This document shows, piece after piece, positions 13,690 through 26,003 of a stretch of DNA of 60,000 bases. The stretch is from Mobula hypostoma. Its lineage: Eukaryota. The stretch is taken from contig NC_086108.1 of NCBI RefSeq assembly GCF_963921235.1, positions 72,666,001-72,726,000 of the forward strand. The letters run 5' to 3'. The notes beneath the pieces are model-generated. The model searched no databases. It was given only the letters and a program-made list of their open reading frames with translations, and was not told the DNA's origin. The position numbers were made by a program, and so were the translations under genes. The stretch's first letter is position 1. Every line of letters begins with the position of its first letter.

Positions 13690-14068
13690 GGTTTCCCCTC
13701 TCGCTGTGTGACGCCTCTCTGTCCCTTTATTGGGAAGAGAGAGAGCCTGTGGCGTGTCGAGTTGCTGGGTGAACGATTAGTTCTTATTGTGCTGTAGATC
13801 ACGGTCTCTCTTGGGGCTTTGCTGGTGCTTGGCTCGTGGGTGCTGATGCTGTTTGCCGAAATAAGTGGGGGAATGGGAGGGGGAGGGTTGATGCTTTGCT
13901 GCTGCTTGTCCATGGAGGGGTGAGAAGGGGGTTTGGGCTTCTAACATTTTCACTGTCATTCATTCTATTGGGTGTTCTTCTGTTTATGTGGGTGTCTGCC
14001 AAGAGCAAGAATTTCAGGTTGTATATTGTATACATTCTCTAATATTAAATGGAACTACTGAACTATTG
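13690..14068 (+). repeat. Unclassified interspersed repeat (LINE 3'-UTR-like)
   Basis: GT-rich body ending in attaaatggaactactgaactattg, a short tandem-tail structure like the other LINE ends in this window. Confidence 0.4.
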
Positions 14069-14689
14069 GCCTGCCTAATGATAAGACAGGCCAGACACTG
14101 AGAGTGGGGTTGGATGCTGGTGGTGGCAGCACCTACCCGAGGTCGTGGGAACAGGGCCACGAGAGTAGGGCATTGGTGTTAGTGGTCGCTACATGGTACT
14201 TTGGCAGGTCAAAGGCAGCAGGAGCAGACGTTACAACGTATATCATCCAACCTGTGTCATATCCCTCTTTGCCCTGTCCACTACAATTATGTGCTACAGT
14301 GCTTGCTCAAACCAAAATTGGCAGTAACATTTCTGCTGCCCAACCATCAGGAACCCAATTTATCTCCACCAGTATCAGAAATATGGCGCAAAATACCTGC
14401 TCCCACTTCACCGTCATTGCCAGTGGAGCAGAGGGAAAAATGAAATGTTATTTAAAGAAATAAATTAGTGATTATGTCATCTCTGGAACTACCTTAATTG
14501 CTCTCATCAACCAAGCCTCTTGCACCATAGATCCTTAGCATAGGTGGTGATAAATCAAGTACCAGCTCAGCATTGGCTAAACCACCCCTCTTTTTTACTA
14601 ATGACATGTTTCACCCTTTATTGTTTTACTAAGACTCACGCAATGATAAGGTCACTATATGTGTATTGCAGGTATCAAACAGAAGTGTA

Positions 14690-15150
14690 TAATATTGATA
14701 GGCATAGGTACGGTGGATGGTCAGAATCTTTTTCCTAGGTTAGAAATGTTATGTACTAGAAGATATGTCTTTAATGTACGGGGGAAAGTTTAAAGGAAAC
14801 ATATGGTGCAAGTCTTTTTCTTTTATGTAGAGTGGTGTGTGACCGGAAAGGGCTGCCGGGGTGGCAATGGAGGCAGATACGATAGTGGTGTTTAAGAGGA
14901 TATAAGCCAAACACATGAATGTGCAGAGAAAGTCAGAGTACATTTAATATCAAAGAATGTGTAAATTATATAACCTTGAGATTTGTTTGCTTACAGGTAG
15001 CCACAAAGCAAGAAACCCAAAAGAACTCAATTAAAGAAAAATGCAGGGATACGGATTATTTACAGGCAGAAGAAATTTAGTTTAAGATGGCAATGTACTT
15101 ATGGCGGACATTTTGATCTGAGACTACTCTTCCTATGCTATGCTGTTCTT
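14690..15150 (+). mobile_element. Degenerate CR1 3' fragment with an antisense LINE-tail piece at ~14930-15040
   Basis: ggggaaagtttaaagga...gtggcaatggaggcagatacgatagtggtgtttaagagg resembles the CR1 ORF2 C-terminus. Confidence 0.6.
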
Positions 15151-15151
15151 T

Positions 15152-15830
15152 TTATCTGCCACAAAAGCAGGATCTGCCAGTGGCTTTGTCCATTGCAAAG
15201 GTAGCATCTCCTAGTAGCCCTGTCTGCCGCAAAAGGCAGGATCTCCTGACGTCTGCCCATTGAGATTCAACTCGCAGTCCCATTCTGAGGTATCTTTCTG
15301 TGGCCTACTGCCAGGATGAAGCCAAACTCTGGTTCCATCTGGGATGCCAATGTGATAACATGAACATCGATTTTTCTAACTTCTGTTAATTTATCCTCCC
15401 TCCCTTTTCTCTTTTTGCATTCCTCATTCTGGTTACCCTTTCTCTTCCCATCATCTGTCGATCACCTTCCTCTGATCCCCTTCCTCCTTCACTTTATTCC
15501 ATGCTCTGCTGTCCTCCTTATTAGATTCTTACTTACTCAGCCCTTTGCCTCTTCCCCTCTTACTACTTTCACCCACCACCACAGACCCACCTCTCCCCCT
15601 CACCTGATCTCACCTGTCTCTCCAATCTTGTGCTCCAGACCCTCCGCCCACCTTATTCTGGTTTCTTCCCCCTTCCTTTCTAGTCCTGATGAAGGTGGCA
15701 TCTAAGGAGGGGAATAAACCTGCCACGTCAACTGTTTATTCCCCTCCTTAGCTTCTGCCTGACTTAAGTTCCTCCTGCATTTTATGTATGTTGCTCAAGA
15801 TCTCCATCAGCTGCAGAACCTCTTGTGTTT
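15152..15830 (+). mobile_element. Degenerate Neptune-type PLE 3' fragment
   Basis: tctgccgcaaaaggcaggatctc and catgaacatcgatttttctaacttc match the GIY-YIG end. It has a pyrimidine-rich UTR, agtcctgatgaagg, and the tail catcagctgcagaacctcttgtgttt. Confidence 0.75.
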
Positions 15831-16988
15831 ATTCTGGTCTATATTCTGTGACTTAGAATTGACTAGACAGTGTCTGATCAGGAGGAGTCAGAATGGCTTT
15901 GTACATGGAAAGTCATGCTTAACGAATCTTGTAGAGTTTTTTCTAGAGGTAACCAAAAAGGCAGATGAGGGTAGGGACTTTAACAAGGCCTTTGACAAGG
16001 TCGCACATGGTTGGCTGATCTGGAAGGTGAGGTCCTAAGGAATCGAGAGAAAGATAGTTTGGTGGATTCAAAATTGGCTTGGAAGAAGAAGGAATGTGGT
16101 TGAAGGTTGTTTCTCAGATTAGAGGCAGGTGACTAGTGGTATCCTGCAGCAGGTGGTGTATGGACCCTTGTTGTTTGTTATTTATATAAATGATTTAGAT
16201 GGAAATGAAAATGCAAGATCAGCAAGCTTGCTAAAGATACTAAATAGGGATTGTTGATAGTGAGCAAGGTTCACAGATTACATGAAGATCTTGATTAGTT
16301 AGGGAGTGGGCTGAGTGGAAAAAAGATTTCAATGCAGGTAAGTGTGTGGTGATGAATTTTGGAATGTCAAGCTTGTACTAGTAAGACGTACTAATAGTGG
16401 TAGGACACTAGGGAGTGTAATGGAACAGAACGACCCAGGAACAGAAGTACATAGTCCATTGAAAGCATAGCACACTGGCTTTCATCAGTCAGGCACTAGG
16501 GCGTTATGATTCGGGTGCATAAATAATTGGTGAGTCTGCATTTGGGGTACTGTGTGCAGTTTTGGTTATTCTGTTATCAGAAGGACACTGCTAAATTAGA
16601 ATGAGTGCAGAAAAAAATCACGAGGATGCTGCCAGGACTAGTGGGCCTGAGATATAGGGTGAGATTGGAAAGGGTAGGTCTCTATTCTTTGGAACATGGA
16701 AGAATGAGGGGTGATCTTGCAGAGCAGCTTAAAATTATGAGGTAGATATTTTTTTCCAGGTTAAGGGAGTCCAAAACTTGTGGGCGTAGCTTTAAGGTGA
16801 GGGGTGAAAGATTGAAAATGGACCAGAGGGAGAATTTGTCCACACAGAGGGTCGTGAATATATGGAACAGCTAGCAGAGGAAATGATTGGGGGTAGATAC
16901 AATGGTATCATTTAAAAGGTACTTAGATAGGTACATGCAAGTGCAGGGCTTAGTGGGATATAGAAATTGGGACTAGCTGGGTGGTCAG

Positions 16989-17179
16989 GGGGATCTCCCC
17001 CTCCCCCTCCCACTTTCAAATCTCTTACTAACTCTTCCTTCAGTTAGACCTGACGAAGGGTCTCGGCCGGAAACGTTGACTGTACCTCTTCCTAGAGATG
17101 CTGCCTGGCCTGCTGCATTCACCAGCAACTTTGATGTGTGTTGCTTGAATTTCCAGCATCTGCAGAATTCCTGTTGTTT
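16989..17179 (+). mobile_element. ~190-bp PLE 3'-terminal insertion (hammerhead plus tail) with 10-11 bp TSD
   Basis: Closely similar to 11297-11486. Flanked by (t)gggtggtcag at 16978-16988 and 17179-17189. Confidence 0.9.
17046..17081 (+). ncRNA. Minimal type-I hammerhead ribozyme motif, stem mismatches
   Basis: agac-CTGACGA-agggtctcggccg-GAAAC-GTT-gact. Confidence 0.65.
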
Positions 17180-19419
17180 GGGTGGTCAGCATGCACTGTT
17201 TGGGCCAAAGGGCCTGTGTCTGTGTTGCGTTGCTCTATAACTCTGTGGGTGTAAGTACAGGCAGACTCGGGCTGTGCAAGGTCACAGAGGAAGAACAGCC
17301 TATTTCATGAGGTGGTGAGGAACCAGGGAGCTGCCGTGTCCTATGGAACCTTATCCAGTGTACATTGTAAAAGAGGAAAAAAATTACAGCACTTTAATAG
17401 TGATGGGATTTTAGTGCACTGATTTCAAAAGATTGTGAAATTTTATTATAAAGCATTTACCTTACATGACTACAGATTCTGAAACTTAAAAAAAGGTGAG
17501 TGACTGGAATCTAGTTTCAGTTTTATTTGAGTACACAACTTTCCTTTGTGTATTCAGTAAGATTGCCATCAGGCTCCCAGTAATTCGTTTTATTTTACTG
17601 CATGCTTCAAATATCCCGGTGCTAAAAAAGCAGCATTATATCTCGCAGGAGTTGTTAGCTCAGCAGTGGAAACAGCAATCACACCTCTCCACACGGCTGG
17701 TTTAATTTTTCACTGGCCTACATTCTCAGTAATGATAAACGTGATCATTGTGTGCAAGTGTTTCCTGCGAAATGATCTGTCATCACAATAGGAGGCACTA
17801 CAGCTGGGCATATCAGGTCAAGGCCAAAGTTCACTCCTGCACAACACAATGCAGACTTCCTTCTGTAATTTCTAATGAAAAATAGTATTTGTCCTTGCTG
17901 GCAGGTTATAATCTGACGCAGTTATCTGTTAATTTTCCGTGTTAAGAGTCACTAATTGGGACTGCATGCTCTCCCTCTTTTGTATTACTTCCAATCAACA
18001 GCTTTTCAAGTCTTTCCATAACTTTGCAGCAGATGATTTCACAAATGTGCTCAGAGTGGTGCCTGAATCTAGATCTGCAATTTGATTTTCATGGCAAATT
18101 ATGCAGCATTGAGTGGGTGTTCCTTCAGATTTCTGGAGCTATTGTCACATGACTAGCCACCTCCAATCAAATTCCCCAAGACTACTCCCACCCCTGGCTA
18201 GTTATCCACCTTTGTTCTGTATTTCCAGTACTTTCATAACAGTGTATAAAGGGGGAATGGAATATTTTTTTAACGTCACCATGATCCTTCTCTTGCGCTT
18301 CTCGACAGTGTTTAGGGGGATGAATGTTTTAATTCCTGTCGATTCCAGTGCTATACTGCAAGATTGACAACTCCCACCCACTGCAACAATGCATCCTCAC
18401 CCTTTGCCCATCTTTGTAAAGCCAGGCTGTTATTTTCAAATTCTGCTTTGGAATGACAAGGCAGACTGTTGAAATCTGTGATAGCTGCCAGTCCCTGGAA
18501 CAGACAAAGAGAGCAGAATTTGAACAAAAAGACTTCCCCAAATAGCAGGCTGAGAGGTGCAATCAATCACTCTGCAGTTGGATAACTCCTTCCTCATGTT
18601 CAAAAAAAAGTGACAAGTCCCTTTGCTGCCAAAGGCAATAATTGTACACAAGGCTACAGAAATGTGCCTTAGAGCACAGTGCTCCTGAGATAAAACTGAC
18701 AGGAAGGGAGTTCTGCCATAACTATATTTTATGCCCAAAATTGCACCCAACAGCAAAACTGGCAGAGATGGTGGAGGTGTTGTTCTTTCATTTGCTAGTC
18801 CTTGGGCAGTGAGGAGGACTTTGACTGAGACTAACTGACACAAAGTTGGAAATGAACCTTGTAACTTCCCGAACTGTACTGTGTGGCTGAAATCCAGCCT
18901 GGGAAATGTATCTACAAAGTGAGTCATTAGGGAGACAACCTGATTACTGTTTGAACTGATGTAAGCGCATGGGAAAACTGCGATGGTTCCTTGATAGATT
19001 GGTCAGCCAAATCTACACCAGGTTTCACATTTTCCTCATTCAATGACTTCTCCCATTCATACAATTTGCCCCAATCCTTACCAGTACAATAAGTTACAAA
19101 TACAAGGTTCACTAGTGATCTCTTTATTATATTTAAAAATTTCAAAAATTAAGGGAAGCCTCAAAAATGTGTACAGGTTTGAATCAGTAAGCATAGAACA
19201 GTTTAAGGGATTCAAGTGGCTAGAGGCTAATTATATATTGGTGGGAAATTCATTCTGCACTCTACTATCAATGCAGCAATGTAGGAACTTTGAAATTGCT
19301 CTCTGAAGTTTAATTCCATTAAAGGTTGAGTTCAATGCAGGTATGTTATTTTGTCACGTATTTAGTGCAGGTAGCGGAAGAGGAATTTTTACCCAGCATT
19401 TTACAGCTTCTAACTTGGA

Positions 19420-19720
19420 CTGTTAATGCAGAAACATGAATTTGAACCCCACCATGAGAGTGGAATTTGAATGCAATTATTTAAACAAATTGGGAATAAG
19501 AAGCTAGTGTCATTGATGGTAACTACAGAACAACTAGATAATTGTAAAGCCTCATTTACCTCACACATATCCTACAAATCTGCCAGATTTTCCCAAGCTA
19601 GCCAACATGTGACTCCAGACTCAGCAATGTAATTAACTTTCTACCACCTTCTGAAATGGACAGGAAGCACTGGAGGATGGACAATAATACCTTCCTTGCC
19701 AGTGAGGCTCTAACTCTATA
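19420..19720 (+). mobile_element. Old elasmobranch-type SINE remnant
   Basis: ttgaacccccaccat...gaatttgaatgcaatt...aagctagtgtc...acatgtgactccagac...cttgccagtga resembles a common shark SINE as I recall it; not database-checked. Confidence 0.5.
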
Positions 19721-21659
19721 AATATTAATTTTACAAAGTCCAGGATGTATATTGATTACTCTCAAGGGGCTTTCAGCATTGATAGTTTTCTTTTGTATGA
19801 ATTTTAAGTGATTGGTTCCTCACTGTCTTAACGCGCAGGTAAAAATAGTGTGGAATGAGGCCACATCTGCTTGTGCAAAGCCCTTGGCTGCCAGATTTTA
19901 TTGTGCCAGAGTCCCAAGGGAGTGTGCACAATTATGCAAACTTCTTCCCCTCATACACACACAAAATCTTACCTCCACTGGCTTGAAATTTTTAACCAAG
20001 GGTTAACATGAAACACACAGAGGGCATTCACAGTCGAAGTAAGCAATTCAGTAAAAACAAGCGAGTGTCAAGTACAGGATGTATAAAAGCAAAAATTAAT
20101 CCAAGATGTTATTATTCTTCCAAAATTACTAATATGTACAGAATTATGTGCCATAAGATGGTTAAAAGCATCCTTATTACTAATGTGGGTGCAGCATTCT
20201 TTCTTCCATCAAGGAATGAATTGTTGAGATTGGGACATTGGAGCCCAAATCGACGTGCATTTAACGAATAATATCGCTCCAAATGTTCTTAAAGTGCACA
20301 GCATCATTAGGACTCTCCAGCCCCTCCTTAGACGCATCATTTATTCTCAGTGTAATCTAATAGCAACGTTCAGATGAGATCATTGACTGCAAAAGTGAAG
20401 CCTGAGAGGTTTATAGCCATTATCTGAATCTTATGATTAGATTACAGCCCTGAAATCTGTCGCTTGTCTCCTGTCTAATATATGTATTATTTAAATACTT
20501 GTACATGGTGAACATTTTTGCTTATATTTTTTAATTTCATGCTTTCAGTAGTGAAACAGCAGATGCACGCAAATTCCATACTGTTGATAGATGAGGGATG
20601 CTTCAGTTTATAAAAGTACAAACAAGCAGCTTCTAGAGTTGAGCAGATTTATATTTTTAAAAATCCCAAATAGATAGAGATAGATATGATTTTATTTGCT
20701 GACCATCAGCAATTGGGAGTCTAATGGCAGAACTAGCATTGGTAGTGCTGGGGGAGAAATGCAGGCAGTTCCAGGATCATCAGCCTAACCACATTTGCAG
20801 GGGCAATTACACAGACACTGTTCACATATACCTGTCTGTACCTTGGCATTCTTAATGTGCTAATGATTATCGAAGAGGTGGGGGACTTTTCTTTGGTGAA
20901 CCTCACCTTGTGCATATGCCAGGATCTCAGTAAAATTAAGGTGGTGCAGCACCGAAGCTGTCACAGATGAGAGAACACTGCTGAGTCTTACCCGCTTGAC
21001 CCAGCATGGAGGGGTTGCTATGGAGAATATTTGGAGTTAAATTGGAGGGATAGGAAGCCAATACAGGGACCAGGCTTGCTCCATTATTGCACCACCTTTA
21101 TGGTTGCCACTCCAGAGCTGGTGGCCGGCCATCACCCAACAATTCCTGAGACATATGACAAAAAGGATTATAGATGGAAACATCTAAGACTATTTGCAGT
21201 CAGAAGCCTAGGACAGAGTAGCCAGTCCCTGTGGTCCTGACTCAGATGATGAGAAGTACCCAAATTGGAGAAATATCGATTCCCTCGTCTCGCACAATTG
21301 TCACTTCCTGATTTGTGCATGGTCATAGAAAGGCCGCTTTAGTAAATTTTGAGGAGTTTCTCTTTTGAGGACATTATGTCAGGATTGAAATTCATTGATG
21401 AGAAGCTAAAGTCTATGTTACTCAGAACCATAAGGTGTGTCCATAAGGGGTGAAATTTGAAGAAGGAAAGATTCAGAGTGGGATTGGAATCCAAAGATCA
21501 TTGTCAACTGAATGGAAAACATATTTGGATGAAGCAGCAGATGAAGTAAATGATAAAGCATAAATGTAGACTATGATCCAGTGAGATAGAGTGATTGAGT
21601 ATATTGGGTAAAGGGGCAAAAATATCTGGCACAATCGTGAGAGAGTCACGGATAGTTTC

Positions 21660-22440
21660 AGACTTGCCGTCTTCTCAGTGTTACCATTGGGAAGGAGGGA
21701 CAGAAAGAAGCCTGAAGGGAGACACTCAGCAATTCAGCAACAGCTTCTTCCCCTCTGCCATCCAATTTCTAAATGGACATTAAACTCATGAACACTACCT
21801 CACTGCTTTTTTATTTCTGCTTTTTTTTACACTACTTACTTTAACTTAACTACTTAATATTCATAGATATACTTACTGTAATTCAGTTTTTTCCCTCTAT
21901 GTTTATTTATCCTGTATTTCATTACAAATAAACTCTTCTCGGGCTTCCAGCCGGGTACAGGTAACAATTTTAACCAACATTTCAATGACAAACTCTGCCA
22001 TCTTAATCAGAGATAATGCCTAGGCATGTCTAGTCTGGTGGTATATCTACCCAGTCATCCATCCCTCCTGTATGGTTAGTCCTCATCCAGTCTGGTTTCC
22101 GCTGTCTCTCCCTTCTTACAATTGAATTCTAGTTCTTGCTTAGAGAGAGACCTTCATCTTTGTTAAAATTTCTTTATCTCAAGTTATTTTTCAATGGCTT
22201 CTTTCAGTAGTTTTGTGCTGTCGAAGTCAATCCTATGGCCATTGCAAATGTATATTCTGCTGTCGCCAATTTCTCCAGGTAATCCAAATTTATACACCTC
22301 CAGTGCTCCTTGATATGAATTCCCACTGTGTGCCCCATCTGGCCAATTGTACACTGTTCCACATTCACATTCTACTGCTGTCATAAAGATAACAAATTTC
22401 ACAACAAATGGTGGTGATATTAAACTTGAATCTGATTCTG
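21660..22440 (+). mobile_element. Rex1/Babar 3' fragment interrupted by an antisense Penelope/Poseidon fragment
   Basis: Encodes TQQFSNSFFPSAIQFLNGH. Its UTR matches 4680-4872 and resumes at ~22371 (tctactgctg...aacaaatttcacaac...tctgattctg). Confidence 0.8.
21924..22370 (-). mobile_element. Penelope/Poseidon-type PLE fragment (GIY-YIG C-terminus plus 3' end)
   Basis: Minus-strand pieces: CECGTVY, GQMGHTVGIHIKEHWRC, NGHRIDFDSTKLL, KEAIE, NFNKDEG. Decayed hammerhead CTGATTAagatggcagagtttgtcattGAAATGTT at ~21975-22010. Confidence 0.75.
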
Positions 22441-23097
22441 GTATTTAAATGAGTTACATTCTAACCTTGAATTATTTCAAATAAATATTTATAAAAAAAT
22501 ACTGAAATAGACAAATCAGAGCAATCTGTGGCTTGTACTACCTGTTGGCCTCATTTCATGTCAATTCATTGTATAAAGGTATAGGGCTCAGTCTTCACCC
22601 ACTTAACATGCATCAGTTTTAGAGGTGGTTTTATTGATGTGAGTTAGAGCAAGTGCAAGCCTTAGTGGTGGAAGTAAAGGCCTTGTTGGTGTGTGGCTCT
22701 CAGAGAATAGATCACCAAAGACGAGAAGCAAAATAGAAAGCAATGAAGGTGAACAAGATGAAAACAAATGAAAATCCTACCAAAAAGAACAGAGGTAATT
22801 CAAGGTGAGAATTCATGGCATGAAGTAGCACTAAATTCGGTAATAATCGAAAAATGAAACTGTGTGTAAAAAGTTGTGTTGGAGGGTAACATAATTGGTG
22901 GAAATGTACATAATTCACAACCACCGACATTGATTTGGGGTTTCACTTCGAGAGGCTGGTCTGATGTGGTGACGTAAATATGTGAAGGGTTTTTAGTGCA
23001 CATTGAGTTCCGTGTGTTTGGTGTTCAATAAATAAGTTGCTATGGCTTTTCTGAAACAAAATGCCTCTGCCATTTTATTTGCAAAAACCTACAGTGT

Positions 23098-23290
23098 AAG
23101 CAATGCAGTTCATTCAGCATCAGTGGAGAGACAATCAGTGAAGGTTGCAGGCAGATGATCTTTCAGAGGTGGAAGAACCCGGAAATATTAACTCCTATTT
23201 TGTTCTAATGGATGGTGCCTGAACAACTGAGAACTTCCAACAGTTTTGCATTTAATTTCAGTTCCAGAATCTGCAGTACTTTCCTTTTAT
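23098..23290 (+). mobile_element. Very old miniature fold-back PLE derivative
   Basis: Inverted arm cagcatcagtggagaga..., direct arm ggatggtgcctgaacaactgagaacttccaacagtttt, tail atttcagttccagaatctgcag. Confidence 0.5.
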
Positions 23291-23609
23291 GTCTTTATAT
23301 ATTTATTTCTGAATTATTGATTTTTCTACTTTGCAACAGTCTAAGTAATGAGCTCAGCAACTACTCTTTCTGAAAATGTTTTTGGAAGTGTAATGGCATC
23401 CATTTAGAACATGACCATTCTTTAATCAATACTTAGTTACATGTTGTTTTTTCCTCTTGCTGATCTCTGCAAGTCATAAATCTGTGGAAAAGAGAGACAG
23501 GAATCAGAGTTCTGGTTCTAGTGCGGTGGGGCAAGTTACTAGGAGGATTGCAAGAGCATCCAAGTTTCACTTTGATGTTCTTCTCCCTCTATGAGATTGG
23601 TTGTCTTCA

Positions 23610-23785
23610 GCAATAGAGAAACAGGCTCTTTGGCCAATCCAGCTTGTGCTGAACTGTTACCCTGTCTAGTCCCATGGACCCACACCCGGGCCATAGACAT
23701 CCATAATCCTCCCATCCATACACTTTTCCAAACTTCTCTTAAATGTTGCCATTGAACCCGCATCCACCCCTTCCACTGGCAGGTA
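23610..23785 (-). mobile_element. CR1 3' fragment
   Basis: cttctcttaaatgttgccattgaacccgcatccaccccttccactggcag is the reverse complement of the CR1 ORF2 end. Confidence 0.6.
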
Positions 23786-24501
23786 TCATAAATCATAGAC
23801 TAAGTATCCTATGATAAGTGACCTATCTATTGACAACTCTAACACGTTCCATCATCTGCCAAGCACATCAAGAATTTAAGAGAATAATCTGGGCTTGCCT
23901 TTATGAGTGCAGTTGAGCAACACTGAAAAAACTCTACACTTGATGACTTATTTGATAGGTACTCAGTCCGCCCGGTAAGTTACTATGACACCATTTCCCA
24001 AACCCTATGACCTCTTCCACTATGAATGGCATGAACTCCAGTTTCATAGGCATAACATGACCCACAAGTTTCCCTCCAAGCATCCAATGCCTCCTTAAGG
24101 AATTTAATAAATTATTTTTCAGATCTGAAATGCATTGGAAATTTGGCTGGCACCACAGTAAAGTGAAAGGAGAAATATTAATGGTTTTCTGTTCATAGTA
24201 TTTGGTGTACTGTATCATCCTGACTTGGAAATCTATTGCTGTTCCTTCAGCATCACTGGGAATGCATTCTGGAACTCCCAAATGTGTTTGAGAGAACTTT
24301 CAACAGAAAGACTATAGTAGTCAAGAAGTTTGGTCACTGCTCATTACTCAAGGATACTTCAGTGTGGACAATCAATGTTAGCCTTTAAAGTGGTACCCAG
24401 ATTGTAAAAAAAAGTATATATTAGTGAAATACTAAGCAGTACCATCTGGGTTGGAGGTGTAGATAATCCTACCTGCTGTGAGTGGTCACCGTGTCCATAT
24501 G

Positions 24502-24725
24502 ACCATTAGACAGGTCATTTGGCCCATTGAGTCTTCTCCAGCATTTCATCATGGCTGATTGATTTTCCTACTTAATCCCATTCTCCTGCCTATTCCCTGT
24601 AATCTCTGACACCCTGACTAATCAAGAACCTATCAACCTCCACTCCAAATATTCCCAAAGACTTAATCTCCACAGTCATCTGTAGCAATGAATTCCACAG
24701 ATTCACCACTGTCTAGCTAAAAAAG
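24502..24725 (-). mobile_element. CR1 3' fragment
   Basis: Similar to 9706-9940 (catggctgat...aatcaagaacctatcaacctc...aattccacagattcaccac). Confidence 0.75.
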
Positions 24726-25959
24726 GTGTGTCCTGTCATACCTTTGAAGTTTTAAAGTAATATCGTACTGCCCAGTAGTAACTTAGTCACAGATAAACTG
24801 AGTAGTCATATTACATATAGATTGTCTAACTTATTAGATTCAAGAAGTAAGCACAGCACTAAACTGAGAATCGGATGTATTGTGTAATTGCCAGGTTTTT
24901 ATGCCTCCATAAGGAATGTAAATAAAGCATTTTTCAGATCTGAAATCCATTGTAAAATTGACTGATACTGCAGCAATGTGAAAGGGGAAATATTAGTGTT
25001 ATATTAGTTTTTATGCTTGTCATACTTGACAAAGGGAGGCAAATTTATCTCACAAGATTTGAGGCACTGCAAAATTTTGCCCTTAACTGTTCACAGATCA
25101 CATGGAATTATAAGCAAAGTACAGCTTCAAACCAGACTAATCAGCCTACTTTGTTATTCTTGATGCATCAGTCCTCCTCGTCTTATCCATTATCTTGCTG
25201 CTCAATTCCATCCATTGAAGGTTACACCGCTGTTTGAGATATGGTCTTATTCAGTAATTGGTAATAAGTCATTCAATACTGAGGAAAATTCTCACAAAAT
25301 AGTTTTAATTCTGCCTTCATAAATAAAATCAGTGCAGAATGTTATTATGAAAAGAATTGTTTACTAAATCATTCAATTATTTTAATTTTTGGAGGGAGCT
25401 CCAGGTGGGATCCTGGACTTAGTGGAGACATGATTAGAATTTCAAATGTGGAAGTGATAAATTGGAATACCCTCATGGGAGAAATTAGATTATAATTAAC
25501 CTCAGTAGGTATATATGTCTGTCTACATATGTGCACTAGAAGATGTGTGAACTGGCTGTTCCAGACATGCTAAAACTATCCCAGTTCAAAATGTTAGACA
25601 CTGAATCATTACGGTAGGTTGGTTGACATTTTTTGGTATAATCTTCATTTTTTAAACGCTGATTCCTCTTCATTGACTTGTCAATTTGTCCAGTGACATT
25701 TGCAGATCATTGTTAAGAAATGCAGTTTTCAAGTTTGCACAGATGGTGAACTTGCTCACTGCTACAAGAAATAGTGTGGACTGCTCATTTGAGATTTTCC
25801 AGCATTTGCTGGAGGCACTTGAGCTGACTCATACTGTGGTGTTGGAGCTAATTTTCCTGTGCCTACGTGTTCACTTACAATGGATAAACAGCAAAGCTGA
25901 GGATGCAGAGAAGATGAGATAATTCAATGAAGAACCAAGGAATTTTTTGAGCTGAGGGA

Positions 25960-25964
<5 letters not shown>

Positions 25965-26000
<36 letters not shown>
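25965..26000. repeat. (TG)18 microsatellite
   Basis: Read directly. Confidence 0.97.

Positions 26001-26003
<3 letters not shown>

Larger units (their letters stand above)
15860..17243 (+). mobile_element. Degenerate CR1 LINE (RT to 3' end), with a PLE fragment nested in its 3' UTR
   Basis: ORF 15784-16038 reads SQNGFVHGKSCLTNLVEFF...FNKAFDKVAHG. The 3' end is gggccaaagggcctgtgtctgtgttgcgttgctctataactct. Confidence 0.85.

Noticed and set aside
17476..17501. Strong-looking donor AAG|gtgagt
   Set aside because: No open p85-like reading frame or good acceptor upstream
22896..23093. Possible solo LTR (TG...CA with AATAAA)
   Set aside because: No matching target-site duplication and no second copy in the window
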